Source: Chromera velia
Lineage: Eukaryota
NCBI GenBank assembly: GCA_018398765.1
Contig: JAHBMJ010000493.1
Coordinates: 1-46,123 of the forward strand
Length of the DNA: 46,123 bases
Reading direction: 5' to 3'
In this document: in pieces, positions 26,407-37,708 of the stretch
Layout: every line of letters begins with the position of its first letter
Position numbering within the stretch: the first letter of the stretch is position 1
The notes under the pieces: model-generated
Databases searched by the model: none
Told to the model about the DNA's origin: nothing
The model's input: the letters and a program-made list of their open reading frames with translations, nothing else
Program-made: the position numbers and the translations under genes

Positions 26407-28064
26407 TAGTGAGAAGATTTGATTTGATTTGATTTAAAGTAGGGCTTAACCTCAAATCAAATCTTAGGCCTGAGAAACTTTAGTATGATAGAGCCTATCA
26501 AATCTTATCAAATCTACTTCAAATCTGACCCTTTAACTTCAAATTTTCGAGATCAATCCATCATCCAGTCTCTCAAATGAGTCTTCGCACTTTTTTGTGC
26601 GTAAAAAAAAAAAAAGATCACAAAAAGATTTTTTCATCGATTTCACATGAATATGAACGCCCAAAAGCTTTTTAAAATGTCTGTTCAGTAAAAAAGAGGT
26701 CATCTAATCTCTTTTCTAGACATTCAAGTTTTGATTAAGGGTTTGAAGTGGTTCTTTATTATCCTGTAGCAGTTTTTACGCTTCTTTCTTTGCCTTAGGC
26801 CCTTCTTGGGTCCCCCCTTATCAAACCGATTAACAATGCTAGTAACGATGTCAAACAATCCCACAGGTCATAACAACAAGAAGACTACCAAGAAAGCCGC
26901 ATTAGTATACACTGCCGGCTATGCGAAGAAAGTGTAACCTGCAGAAAGAGGGAGTAATATAATTGTAAGCTCTTAACTTATGTAAGCTCTTAGCTTTAAC
27001 AATAGCTCATTAATTTTGAGTCTTAATTAGTGACCATGTTTGATTTGATTATATTTGATTTGATTTGATTTGATTTGAGCTTCAACCTCAAATATTTGAT
27101 ATTTGAGGTAAGATTTGAGGTTAACCTCTTAGGGTTCCTCACTGAGTCACTGACTTACTGTCACTCTGATCATTTTTCTCATGACAATAGTTATCAGAAC
27201 ATTTCTGATATGTGTTTCAAAAATTTAAAAAAATATATATATAATTATAACTTATCAGTTCCGTAAAAAAAATATGCCTGTGTGGTAGTGTATATACACT
27301 AGTCACTGAGACTCACTCTAGTACTAATAGAGATTAAGAACGTAAAATTGATAGATTTGAAATTGCATATGACTTTTTGTTGATACGATAAAGTTAGAGC
27401 ACGTACCAAAATTGGGGTGACAATCACTCAACTTTATGGCACTTCCTTTTCCTCTTCTTCATGATCACTTTCTTCAATGTGAATCGAATCGATCGGTGGT
27501 AGGAGCTGCTGAGAGCTTTTTCTCTGGCTTTTCAGCTTTCTAGGAGTGGGTGCTCCTGGGCTTCTATTCGGTTGCGGAGAGATGACAACGGGGTGAGACG
27601 GAGAACCGCGCACACGTTTGCTATTGCTGTTGGTGTTGGAACCGTCCTGTTTCTGGGCAGCTAAGCATCCAGAGTTGGTAAGTCATATTTGAGGTTGAAA
27701 GTCATATTGATCAAATATTTGATCGTATTTGATAGGTCTTTAAACACTAGGTCCTCCCTGACTGGATATTTGATTTAAGCTTAAGCCCTACCTCAAATCA
27801 AATCAAATCAAATCAAATCAAACATGGTCACTAGTCTTAATTTAGCTTTTAGTCTAGTTTTTAGTGATTTTCTTATCTCTAGGGCTTTCTAGAATTTGCT
27901 AGTGATATCGACTGTGTCATGTTGTCTTCAGTGCTGTCGAGAGTGACCTCTAGACTTCAACCTCAAATCTATCTCAAATCTGCCAGTGGTCAGATTTGAG
28001 CTTGAAGCTCAAATAAAATAAAATAAAATCAAATCAAATCCTATCAAATCAAATCTGGTCACTA
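26407..28064 (+). mobile_element. Non-autonomous hAT-type element B, inserted in A
   Basis: TIR TAGTGAGAAGATTTGATTTG / CAAATCAAATCTGGTCACTA (2 mismatches). 8-bp TSD TTTTTACC at 26399-26406 and 28065-28072. Subterminal GATTT/TCAAAT arrays. Confidence 0.88.
27028..27833 (-). mobile_element. Non-autonomous hAT-type element C, same family as B, inserted in B in the opposite orientation
   Basis: TIR TAGTGACCATGTTTGATTTGATT / AATCAAATCAAACATGGTCACTA. 8-bp TSD GTCTTAAT at 27020-27027 and 27834-27841. The right subterminus, reverse-complemented, aligns with the left end of B (GTAGGGCTTAA..TCAAATC..CCTATCAAAT). Confidence 0.92.
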
Positions 28065-29351
28065 TTTTTACCAGAGTTTTTCCTGGAACTACCATGGTAG
28101 TAGTGGTACACGCCTTCAAGTCCGCTGGTTAGTAGTTACCATTTCATAGTTACCAAACTGATGGTACGTCGGTAACTTGCTAGTGGCTAAAAGGGGCCAG
28201 TAGTAACTCCTAACCGTACTGTGTACTAGGATTAGGATTAGCATATGAAAATGAATGTTCAAAAACAAAAAAAAGATTGAAATTTTTGAGGACCTATATA
28301 TGTAGTTAAAGTAAGTTAAAGATGGTTAACTAGGTGGTTAAAGGCTTCTATTTCTCATGAAGTAGAAAGAGTCGATCAGACGTCCAAACAGTGGACCAAA
28401 CTATAGTAGCATGCAGTTCGATCTTCTATATAAGTAGCTGATTCTAGGGCTGATCGAATCCCCCCCGGCTGATTACAAAACTTAATTTGTCAAAAAGAAC
28501 TGTGTTCACTGCCTGGTTTTCGCTCCATGCAGTCACGCATGGTCCGCGGTATGGACACTGCAGGTCTTCGTTGAGACATCACAGCCAAAACGGTGCTCGA
28601 TCCTGAATGCAAACAAAATGCCGTCCTGCATGTCGATTCTCACGTGCTTCTCTCATTCGCATCTCTAAGAAGTTAGGTAATTGTCTGGCAGTCTCCGCAT
28701 TTTACCCTTTCGCATGGAGACGAAGAACCAGCACTCTCTCAATGAGAGATAGAGACAGAGACACAGAGAGAGAAATAGAGACGGACTGATACGCGTCTGA
28801 CTGGGCAACACCTCAAGCAGACGTCCATCTGTTGCCGTACGTACACGCACGCACGCACGCACATACACACACACACACACACAACAGACATAGAGAATGG
28901 AACAGAGAGAAAGAGAAATCACACCACACTCAGTAAGCAGCACGCAAAATTGAGCCTCGTCTCAAATTTTCTCACCCCCCTCCACTTCTCCCCCTCCTCA
29001 TTGGTCGCTTACTGCCTTTTGTCACGCATTCTCCAAAGAAATTATATTTTTCAACAGAGCCGACCCCGGGACGTCAAAGGAACGATCAGACTACGCAGCG
29101 AAACTTCCTCATCCACCCACCCGCACAGAGGGTCACAGAAATCAGCCAGGCAGACACGTGCCAAAGTGGAACAATGGCCCCGGCTGTCTCTTAAAAAGAA
29201 GGGAGCGCTTTTGTTCCCACCCTCATCCTACCCTCACTCCATTTCTCCCCTACTTCCGTTCTTTGTCCCTTTCCCCTCTTTGAAGCTGGTGTGTGCTGAA
29301 AGCTTCGAGGGAACAGTTGAAGGCTGTGAAATGCAAGGATGGCCACATCCC

Positions 29352-30486
29352 TCATGCTGCACTGCTCCTGCTCCCACTCCGCCTGGTTATCTCTTCCCCC
29401 AACGCGAATACCTCGATCTCGGTCATGGGAACCTCCATCTGCTCCCCCCCTGTAAGTGAAGAGAATTCAAGTCCCGCGGGTCTCTGGTAGGCGTATCCAA
29501 AATTACTGGAGCAGTTGGTGCTACCACCTTTGAAGGCGTAGATGTCACCTGTGAAACCAGGTCCATAATCGATTCTGTGATAAACTGCCTTAGGCCTTTT
29601 CTGCTCTTCTACAGGAAAACGCGCAGGCTGAATGCCCTGGGCGCTCCTGAGAAGGAAGACCGAGGCAGAGTCGTCCCTCATATGGTCTCCGCTGCTCGCC
29701 CACGAGACACTTGTGTGCCCCCCAAATATGTTCGCCCCACACCTAACGACTGTGACAGTGGGGCCCTTCCCGTCGCACTTGGAGTGGAAGGCCCTTGCAC
29801 TCATGCCGTCTCTCGTTCCCCTGAAAATCAACTTCCACTTCCCGGGGTACCAGGAGGTTAGGAGACGGTTTCCCTCCCTAGACACAAGAACACTGTCTGC
29901 AAAAGAATGAGGGCGGGAAGCTGGGCGGATTCCGCACTCAGTGGCGCACTTGTTGAACGCCTGCGCCTGCTGTGCGATCTTCTCTTTTACCTCTGCGAGA
30001 CGGGACTCTGCCCCCACCGCCTCCTCTGCCCCCACCGCCTCCTCTTCAAGGGCATACAGGGATGTCGAGATGGTCTTCAGATTATGGAGGCACTTGGCAA
30101 GCTCCTCTTTGAGCAGCTCAGCCGATCTTCCGTTGTTGTGGTCGGCGAGACTGAGGGCAATTAATTCTCTTGGTGTCGTCAGTGATGTTTTTTTTGACCT
30201 CTTCCCAAGAGGAGACGGTTCTGTTGAGCGTCTCCAGAAATTCTGGGAAGTCCTTGCTCAGGGTGTCGGGGAACTGCCAGTGAGAGAGAAAAGTGAAGAC
30301 GTCCTCCACACTGAAGTGCTCTATGACCTTGGGGACAAACACCTCTCCCTTCTGGTGATCAAAATTAAAGGAGGGATGCTCGAGTGAATACGTGAAGCTA
30401 CGCACTTCCTTCAGCGCTTCCACTCTGCCCATCGTGCCGACGATTTTCTCGTGGCAAGTTTTGATTTCTGAAAGCACATCAGACAT
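29352..30486 (-). CDS. TLDc-domain protein with N-terminal coiled coil; single exon interrupted by one frameshift at an A8 run (~30188-30195)
   Basis: C-terminal frame WKLIFRGTRDGMSARAFHSKCDGKGPTVTVV..NIFGGHTSVSW..SVFLL..YGPGF..EIEVF is a TLDc domain. The ATG frame 30486-30118 joins this frame if the A8 is read as A7 (WEEVKK-TSLTTPRELIAL). Confidence 0.78.
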
Positions 30487-31727
30487 CTCAGGTGGTGCGA
30501 GCGAGCGTCGACCGTGAACACAGAAGCAAACCTTGAAGAGACGGCTGCACGAACAATTAAGAGACGCGATGAGCCAAACGGCGTCTCTTCAGTTCAGCGG
30601 GATATCAGACTGTGAGGGCAGAAGATATACATGCACTTAGAGTGAATCTGTCGTCTACCACACACACGCACACGAGGTGATGACATTCACAATGAAAACT
30701 CAAGGTCCGTCGCTGTTCCGACATCCGCTCTGAATTCGAAAAGCTATCGGCGCGCCGCGAACAAACACACGCGGCCGAGAGTCACCATGCATGCGTGACC
30801 CTGGAAAGCGTAGCGGGGGGTGGAGTGGGGGACCCCTTGGGACCCCTCCCTCCTCTCCCGCCTTTCTCTCTCCGTTTCCCCCTCCCCCTCATTGCAGGCT
30901 CTCAAGACCTTCAAACTATAGGTGTCCGCTAAACAAAAAAAAAAAATCCCTAAAACCTCTTTATTTTTTTTTTCTAATCAAACAACTGTTGTTCAAGTGT
31001 TGCACAAGTATTGTTCATGTGTTACACAACTGTTGTTAAATGTTGTTCAGGCTTAAAAAATAAAATAAAAAAGAAATAAAAAGAACGAAAAAAAATATCT
31101 GCTCCGATAGCCTATCTTTTTCTTTTAAAGCCGAAGTAAGCCGAAGCCTAGCCCTCAAACCGCTTGCTGGCTCTCAAAGTCGGCCGTAGTCGGCTGTGGC
31201 CTCTAGAGTACAAATAAGTCTAAACACAGCTTATAAAAATTATTATGTTATGATTTTTAAATTTCACTAGATTTCTCTTTTTGAAAAAACAACATTAATT
31301 AAGTTTCACTGAAAGTTTTACCTAGAAATTCTCTATAAGCTTCTTTTTTAATATTTTTTACATTCTGTTCTCCAAATTGATTAAGTTGGAGCCTTAATTT
31401 AAAGGAAGGTAGGGAGGAACACTGCTTAACTCTACGACTAAGTTGATTCTTAGTCGAAGTGTATCAATTTAAGACGACGGAGCCACGGAGCGGCGCTTTG
31501 GCTCTTCAAGGTTGCTGACACGAAAACTTGCTGTTTGCTGTTTCGCGTTCTGTCAATCACCTTTCTAAGTGCCTTCTGAGTGCCTTCTTGTGTGCTCTGG
31601 CGTCACGCGCATGTCACGATCGCGGTCCGCCCGCCTGCGTTGTTCAATGAAGTGTGAACTAGTTGCTAATGCAATTCAAATCAGCAGACCAGGGAATCTC
31701 CCGACACCCCCCCAAATTGACTTCACT

Positions 31728-34103
31728 TCACTTCCCTTCCTTCTCCTTTGGAGGTGGAGGGGGCGGTGCAGGCCCCCCGGTGGTCGTCCCGACCTTTGCA
31801 GCTCTGAGGACCCGCTCGTGAATCCGGTACCCCGGCTGCATCACCTGGAAGATTGTGCCCCTCACCTGCTTGGCCGAATTAAGGGGAGGGACATGGGGAA
31901 GGGAAATTCAAAGCCACAAAGTGATACTGGAGGATGGGGTGGAGGAGGGGCTGAGGAAAAGAGAAATGGAGCTCAATGCATTAGCCGGTTATTTTTTCTC
32001 CAGACCCTCTTTCCTGCTTTCCTACAGTGAGGGGAGGCTCAAAAAGAAAGGAGGCAGAAAAAAATTCCAGGGAACAGAGGGGGAAGGGGCGCGTGTCAGA
32101 GCCCGCTTTTCCGACTGAAGGCGATCATCTTATCCTCCAGATGTGTGGCCTCACATCGACATGTCCGCTTCCAAACAATTAATTGATGGAAGGCTCAAGA
32201 AAACTGTGTCTCCTAGAGACGTGAGTGCGTCGTTCTCTCCTCCTCCCTGACTACACGCACCGACCTTGCTTTTATCCTCCATCTGGAACATTGCCTCATG
32301 GAATGATGGGTCGAACAGGTTGCCCTCCTGCAGACAGACAGCGAAGCAGCCAGTCAGTGTGTGTGGAAGAAAAAACGAGTACACTTAGGCTCACAAGTGC
32401 CAATAAACAAACATCAGGAGGGGGAAAGGAAATGACGACAGGATGGGGGGTAGATAGGAGACGGAGACCTTCACGAAGAAGGAAAAGTAAATGATTCAAT
32501 TAATCAGTGAATGAATGAATGAATGAAGCGACCATAAAACTAGCTAGGTGTGCATGGACTCCCTCTTTGCGCCTGAAGCAATTATTTCTTCTCCCCTGTG
32601 TGCTTTTCCAACGGGCTCTTTTTGTTCCTCTATCTTCGTGTGCTTCTCCAGGCTTCTACTCTTCGCTCCTCACTCCCCCCTCCCCCCCCCCTTCCTTCCT
32701 CACCGGTTGATCCTTGACGATTCCATGATTCTCAAAGGCCTTCAACAAAATGGTCTCCGTCATCTTCACACCCTCAGCAATGGTCTTCAAGGGGGTGTCC
32801 TCCTCCTGCAATCAGCCAGGAAGAAGATACAGAGGAAGACGAGACGACAGAGAGAAAAAACCCTTCTTTCGTCCCCATGGCACACTCTACCAAAGGAGCG
32901 AGCAATGCGGTGGCTGTGGACTGCCAGAAAGGGAGAAGGGAAGGAATAACGAAAGAGACCGAGGGTGCATGTATGCAGGCAGGAAAGAGAGAGCCCTGCA
33001 GAAGAAGGAGAAGGAAATTCCGATTTGCATTCTCTTCGAACCTGAAGTGTCTTTCCTTGCCTTTCCTAACGCATGCTGACAAAGTCTCATCTCGTTCATT
33101 CTCTTTTTCTCTCTCTTCTCTTCTCTTTCTCTCGCTCTCTCGCTCGCACGCACGCGCGCGCACACGTGCGGATGCGTGTGCACATGTGTGCATCTGATGC
33201 TTGTTCATGTTCTGACCAGGCGTTCAGCCTCAATCGACTTCGATGCAAGCTCCAATGTGTCTGCTACTTCCACCATGCTTGAAGCAAATTTGGCCACTGC
33301 GTACTTGTTGGAATTGTCAAGCTGCAGGGAGAAATATGCGGCACGCTAACATACAATCGAGCATACAGAGATAAGACAGGAAATGCGCACTGATTCGGGA
33401 TCAAGCTTCGAGATAAGAAAGCCTTGGATGAAGACCCACATGTATGTACAGAAACAGACGTGCCCCTGCACTCTTGTTGAACTTTTCCAGCTACACGAAC
33501 AGGAAGGTAGTCAGAGAAGATGGCGCATCGGATATGATTCAGACCCCGCATACTGTGTGCTTGCCTTCCCCCTCGCGCCATTCGCTCCCTCACAAAACAA
33601 GAAAGGAGACGGGAAAGGCAGACAAGGAGTCAAAGAAGAAGCGGAGCAGTGCGGTAAAGAAAATCTGCATTGAGTGACTGTGCGTTCCTGGGTCTTTCTT
33701 CCTGGTTATGCGTGTAGGACTGACTGACATCTGTCCTGTGTCTCGTCCTGAGATTCTCCATCTCTGCCAGTGTCCTCAAGAGTTTGTCCTGCATCTCCTT
33801 CACCTTTGCAGACGCATCTTGGTACTTCTTCTCACACTCTTTCAGTTTCTCAAAAGAGACCTCGGCTGCTTCAGTCTCCTTCTCTTTACCACCACTGGAG
33901 GCTGGGGTTTCTTCTTTGGCAGCCTCTGCTTGAGCAGGCTTCTCAGGTTTCTCGTCTCCAGGAGTCGCGGATGACTCCGCAGAGGAAAAGAAGCGAAACG
34001 ACTGACGGCTGCTGCTCGCAGGCCGTGCCAATCCACTCACACACCCGGGTCTGACCGGGAGGGAGACCCGGCGGGCCAGAGAGAATACCAGGGCTGGACG
34101 CAT
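31728..34103 (-). CDS. grpE: Mitochondrial GrpE (Mge1) nucleotide-exchange factor; 5 exons, ~260 aa
   Basis: Exons 34103-33729, 33321-33217, 32805-32704, 32327-32265, 31865-31728. Arg/Ser-rich presequence ending RFFSS; DKLLRTLAEMENLRTR; KYAVAKFA..VADTLELA; EGVKMTE; FDPSFHEAMF; GTIFQVMQPGYRIHERVLRAAKV. Confidence 0.95.
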
Positions 34104-34489
34104 GACGAAAGACAAAAAAGGAGACGGCAAACTGCTTTTCAGGTTGATCTGTCTCCCTTCGGTTCAGGGGACTTCACGGAATTGACTCGTCCTTTCTGTG
34201 CCCAGAAGAACGAAGTTTTGCATGGAGGAAGGCTGAGATACTTCAAAGCTCTTCGATGAAGTCGACCCATGGTGAACCAAGTCGAACCCACGCGTTCGTT
34301 TGAAAGCCCTTGCATGCTGCGAGACGTTACGAATGGAAGCATCAGCGATCGACGCACGCACAAATCGGTCGGCCGGTTAATTATTAATTGTCAGTGCGGG
34401 ATGGCGGGCAAGGACTTTCTGCGCACTTCTTCTGTGCGAGCGCATGTTTTTTGTTTTTTTCCGTACGCGTCCCAATTTTCGCGAATTTT

Positions 34490-34670
34490 CGTGCATTAAT
34501 CAATATTATAATTTGCATGAATCGATCGTCCATGCATATATATATGCAGTACGTGGCATGCACGATCGATGTATATGCATGCATGCATGGTGCATGTTCT
34601 TTTGGATCCATGCACCTCTGCGGCTAGCTATATTAATATATAGCTAGAGCATTAATATAGCTAGAGCTGC
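34490..34670. promoter_or_regulatory. TGCATGCA-rich bidirectional promoter region between grpE (-) and the CFAP96-like gene (+)
   Basis: Dense TGCATG/TGCATGCA copies (e.g. TGCATGCATGCATGG ~34576-34590) plus palindromic AT elements. TGCATGCA is a known ApiAP2-bound motif in apicomplexans. Confidence 0.45.
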
Positions 34671-35212
34671 ACGCCTGTTTTTACACCTGAATCCGAGCAT
34701 CATCTCTGCTGAACGGATTCCCTTCTTGCAGGCCTCTAACGAGGAAGATCCGCTTAGAAGACGTGTGGCAAGATAACGGTTGTGACTGTTATTTGCTCCA
34801 GGTTTCTCCGTGAAATCTTGTTCAGCAGCTGGTGGAGGGAGAAAAGGTCGAAGTCGTGAAGTGATCATTCTTCCCTCGCACGATCAGATCGGTTCTTCTT
34901 TCAATCGCAGACGCAGCGCCCTGTACACCGCAGAAAGGGTTCGAGGCTCAATCAAATTCGCTGTCAAAAAACAGAAAGTCTCTCGTCTCTCTTAAAAGCA
35001 CCCATATATATATACAGGAAAAGCACCTGCACATAAACCCGTAGAGTTCCATCCCAGGACCTTTCGGCACTGTTCGATCGGGACACACACACGGGAGAGT
35101 GCGAACGGCAAAGAAGGAGAAAGTCAATCGACACGAAACGGCATATCGCAGTCTGAACTCAAGAACAAAAAAAAAGAAGGTCGAGATAGCAAGTTAAGAG
35201 AATCCAGACAAG

Positions 35213-35376
35213 ATGCCGACTGGAATGCCACCAGAGTACAGGAGGGAGCTGCAGGAGCGTCTTTTGGCAGAGTCCCTCGCAGAGAGTCAGTGAGGAGCGG
35301 GCCGGCAACAAAAAAGAAGAGAGAAAGCATGCGTGCGCCAGACACACCAAAAATGACACCTAACCACAAAGAATGA

Positions 35377-35418
<42 letters not shown>

Positions 35419-36974
35419 GCACGCACGCACGCACGTACGCACCCGAGCACGTACACATGAGGGAGACCGAATAACAAAGAACGGAGCAATGGCAGATACA
35501 CAGAAAACGGACCCAGAATGCGGAAAAGAAGAAGCGTGCCACATGGAGACCAAAAAAGAAAAAAGAAGGGAGTCCAACAGAAAACAGTCCCTTGACTGCA
35601 TGTTTGAGGTGGGGATGTTTTCCTTCGGTCTCTCTTTCCCAATGCCTTTCATGACCACTAAACTTCGTTTGACCTTTGGACCTTCGTGCTGGAGACACAG
35701 CATCAAATCGCCTTTATCTTCTTGCTGACACCCTCCGTCCTTTCCTTCCTTCTTTCTTCCCTTCCTTCTGCCTGCAGGCGGAACCCAACGCCACGGTTAC
35801 ATCGGGTTCATGCACCCCCTGGCTGTGTGTGACGACTCCAAAGCCCCGAAGTCGACCTTCCACCCCCAGCACGAGAGGCTGCAGCCAGTCAACTTCCTCA
35901 CCACAGAGGTTAAGAAAGGAAGGACCCCCGAGGTCTATTTCTCCTACTTGCCGTCTCTGCACGTGGGAGATCCCTACAAAGACTCGAACAGAAGGAAAGG
36001 ACGGGGGGGAGATGAGGCTGTGTTCAAACCCTCGGGGACCGTTCCGTACCCTGTCAACAAAACGGGTTATCCCTACACTCCTGAGGGTATGCACATCGAT
36101 AAGAAGGCTCTGTGTGAGTATCATAAGCAGAGAGTGCCCATCAGAGGTGTCTGGACTGCACCGCCGAAGAAGGGAGGGAAGGGGCACTGGGCAACTGACG
36201 TCCTCTTGGGCCCATTGCCTGCATACATGGAGTCTCCATTCGACGGTTGGAAGGAAACTCGAAGGTAAACCCTGTCTACCTGCCAACTGAATTGCACTTC
36301 TACCATGCGCTAGAAGGCTAGCACTTCTCTTCCGCTTCTCTCTGTTTTGTCTTCTCTCACACGCTTCATTTTCCTTTTTTGCTTTGATTCAACCCGTGTA
36401 CCCTTCAATTGTCTGGAGGCGGAGACCTGACAGGAAGCTTGGCGTGAATCTGATATTCTTTTTCTTTCGTCTCCCCTCCCCTCTCCCTTCTTTTCCCTCG
36501 TTTGCGTGTGCCTGAAGGAACGAGAGGCTGATGAGTCAGGACAAGATGGGCCACCGCCCCCCCTTCAGGGCCACTCAAAACAGAACGGGGGGAGCCCTCT
36601 GGAGGGACTCGGAGCTCTTCCACCTCGAATGCCAAGAAGGAGACTGCCTACCCCAGCCTCATTCCACCAGGATGTACACACAACCCGCCAGACACGACAG
36701 AGTGTTCCTCCCCACTAACCCGTCGAAGGCCGGGCAGACAGGCTGCTTCATGCCCTTCCCTGAGTACATGCACCAGGGATTCCCTAGACCCAAAACTAGG
36801 GCCGAGAGGGAGGCAGCCAGGACCGCCCGATTCTCCGAGGAGCGCTCCTCCTGGCGTGACCCCAGACAGATGGACCTAGCCAATCCGAGCCGCTCTGTGG
36901 TGATGGGCACAAGGAACATCAGGGTTGAGACTAGCAGGGCATGTGCAGCCATGGCAACTGCAAGGAGGCGATAG
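35213..36974 (+). CDS. C4orf47/CFAP96 (UPF0602/DUF4586)-like cilia/flagella-associated protein; 3 exons
   Basis: Exons 35213-35285, 35778-36264, 36518-36974 in frame. Family-like motifs NFLTTEVKKG..YF..LHVGDPY, FKPSG, WTAPPKKGG, PAYMESPFD, PPF, VFLPTNPSKAGQTGCFMPFPEY, and terminal PSRSVV..N. The family was recognised by eye. Confidence 0.65.
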
Positions 36975-37671
36975 ATAGAGCTAGGGTGAGGGGAAGAGAC
37001 ACGAACGGGAAGGGGGGGGAGAAGAAAGGGAGAGAGAATAACCGTCTGCGCGTCTGCCATGAAGAAGAAGAACTCTGGATCAATGAACCATGCAAACACT
37101 TCGTTTCGCTTCACTTGAGGGAAGCGGAAGGAGACCTCCCCTACATTCCCTGTCCCATGCACCCCTTCTTCTTTTCCTCTTTTCACGAACTTTGAAGAGA
37201 AATTTATTTTGGTGAGTGCTGTCGTTCATTTTGCCATGCCTCCTTTTTCATTAGAGTGCATTGCATTCTCTCATCTACATGTCTTCCTTCAACTTTCCAT
37301 CGCAACCAACCTCTTTGCTCTTGTGAATAACCCAGAGAAGCGCCCAGCTTCCATTCACTCACCCACTAATTTGCATACGTGGATTGCGCGAATGAATGAA
37401 TGAACGGACTGTCTTCCTTCCTTCCCCCGTGCTCTCCTGTTTGGTTGGATTTTATTTCCTCTTTTCTCTCTCTGTGCTCTCAAGTATTTTCTCTCTTCTT
37501 CTTCTTCCTCCACCATTGTCGGTGTAGAGAACAACTGCCAAGTTTGGATTGTTTGGTTCTCCTCGCTCCCCTCCCGTAATCGAGACAGACAGCAAGCCCC
37601 TTAGATCGATCGATCGAGACTTTCCTCCTCAAAGGAAAGGAAAGTGGAAACCGGCCATGCACGCGATCGAC

Positions 37672-37708
<37 letters not shown>

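Larger units (their letters stand above)
26011..28225. mobile_element. Non-autonomous hAT-type DNA transposon A (outer element)
   Basis: 20-bp perfect TIR TACACAGTACGGTTAGGAGT (26011-26030) / ACTCCTAACCGTACTGTGTA (28206-28225). 8-bp TSD CTAGGATT at 26003-26010 and 28226-28233. Subterminal GGTTAC/GGTAGTAG motifs at both ends. Confidence 0.9.

Noticed and set aside
26410..28060. Regularly spaced GATTT/TCAAAT repeats as a CRISPR array or telomeric repeat
   Set aside because: There is no repeat-spacer periodicity. They are transposon subterminal repeats adjoining TIRs.
31436..31457. Hairpin CGACTAAG-N6-CTTAGTCG at the edge of an AT-rich island
   Set aside because: It could be a Helitron-like 3' hairpin, but there is no CTRR terminus at a suitable distance and no matching 5' end was found.
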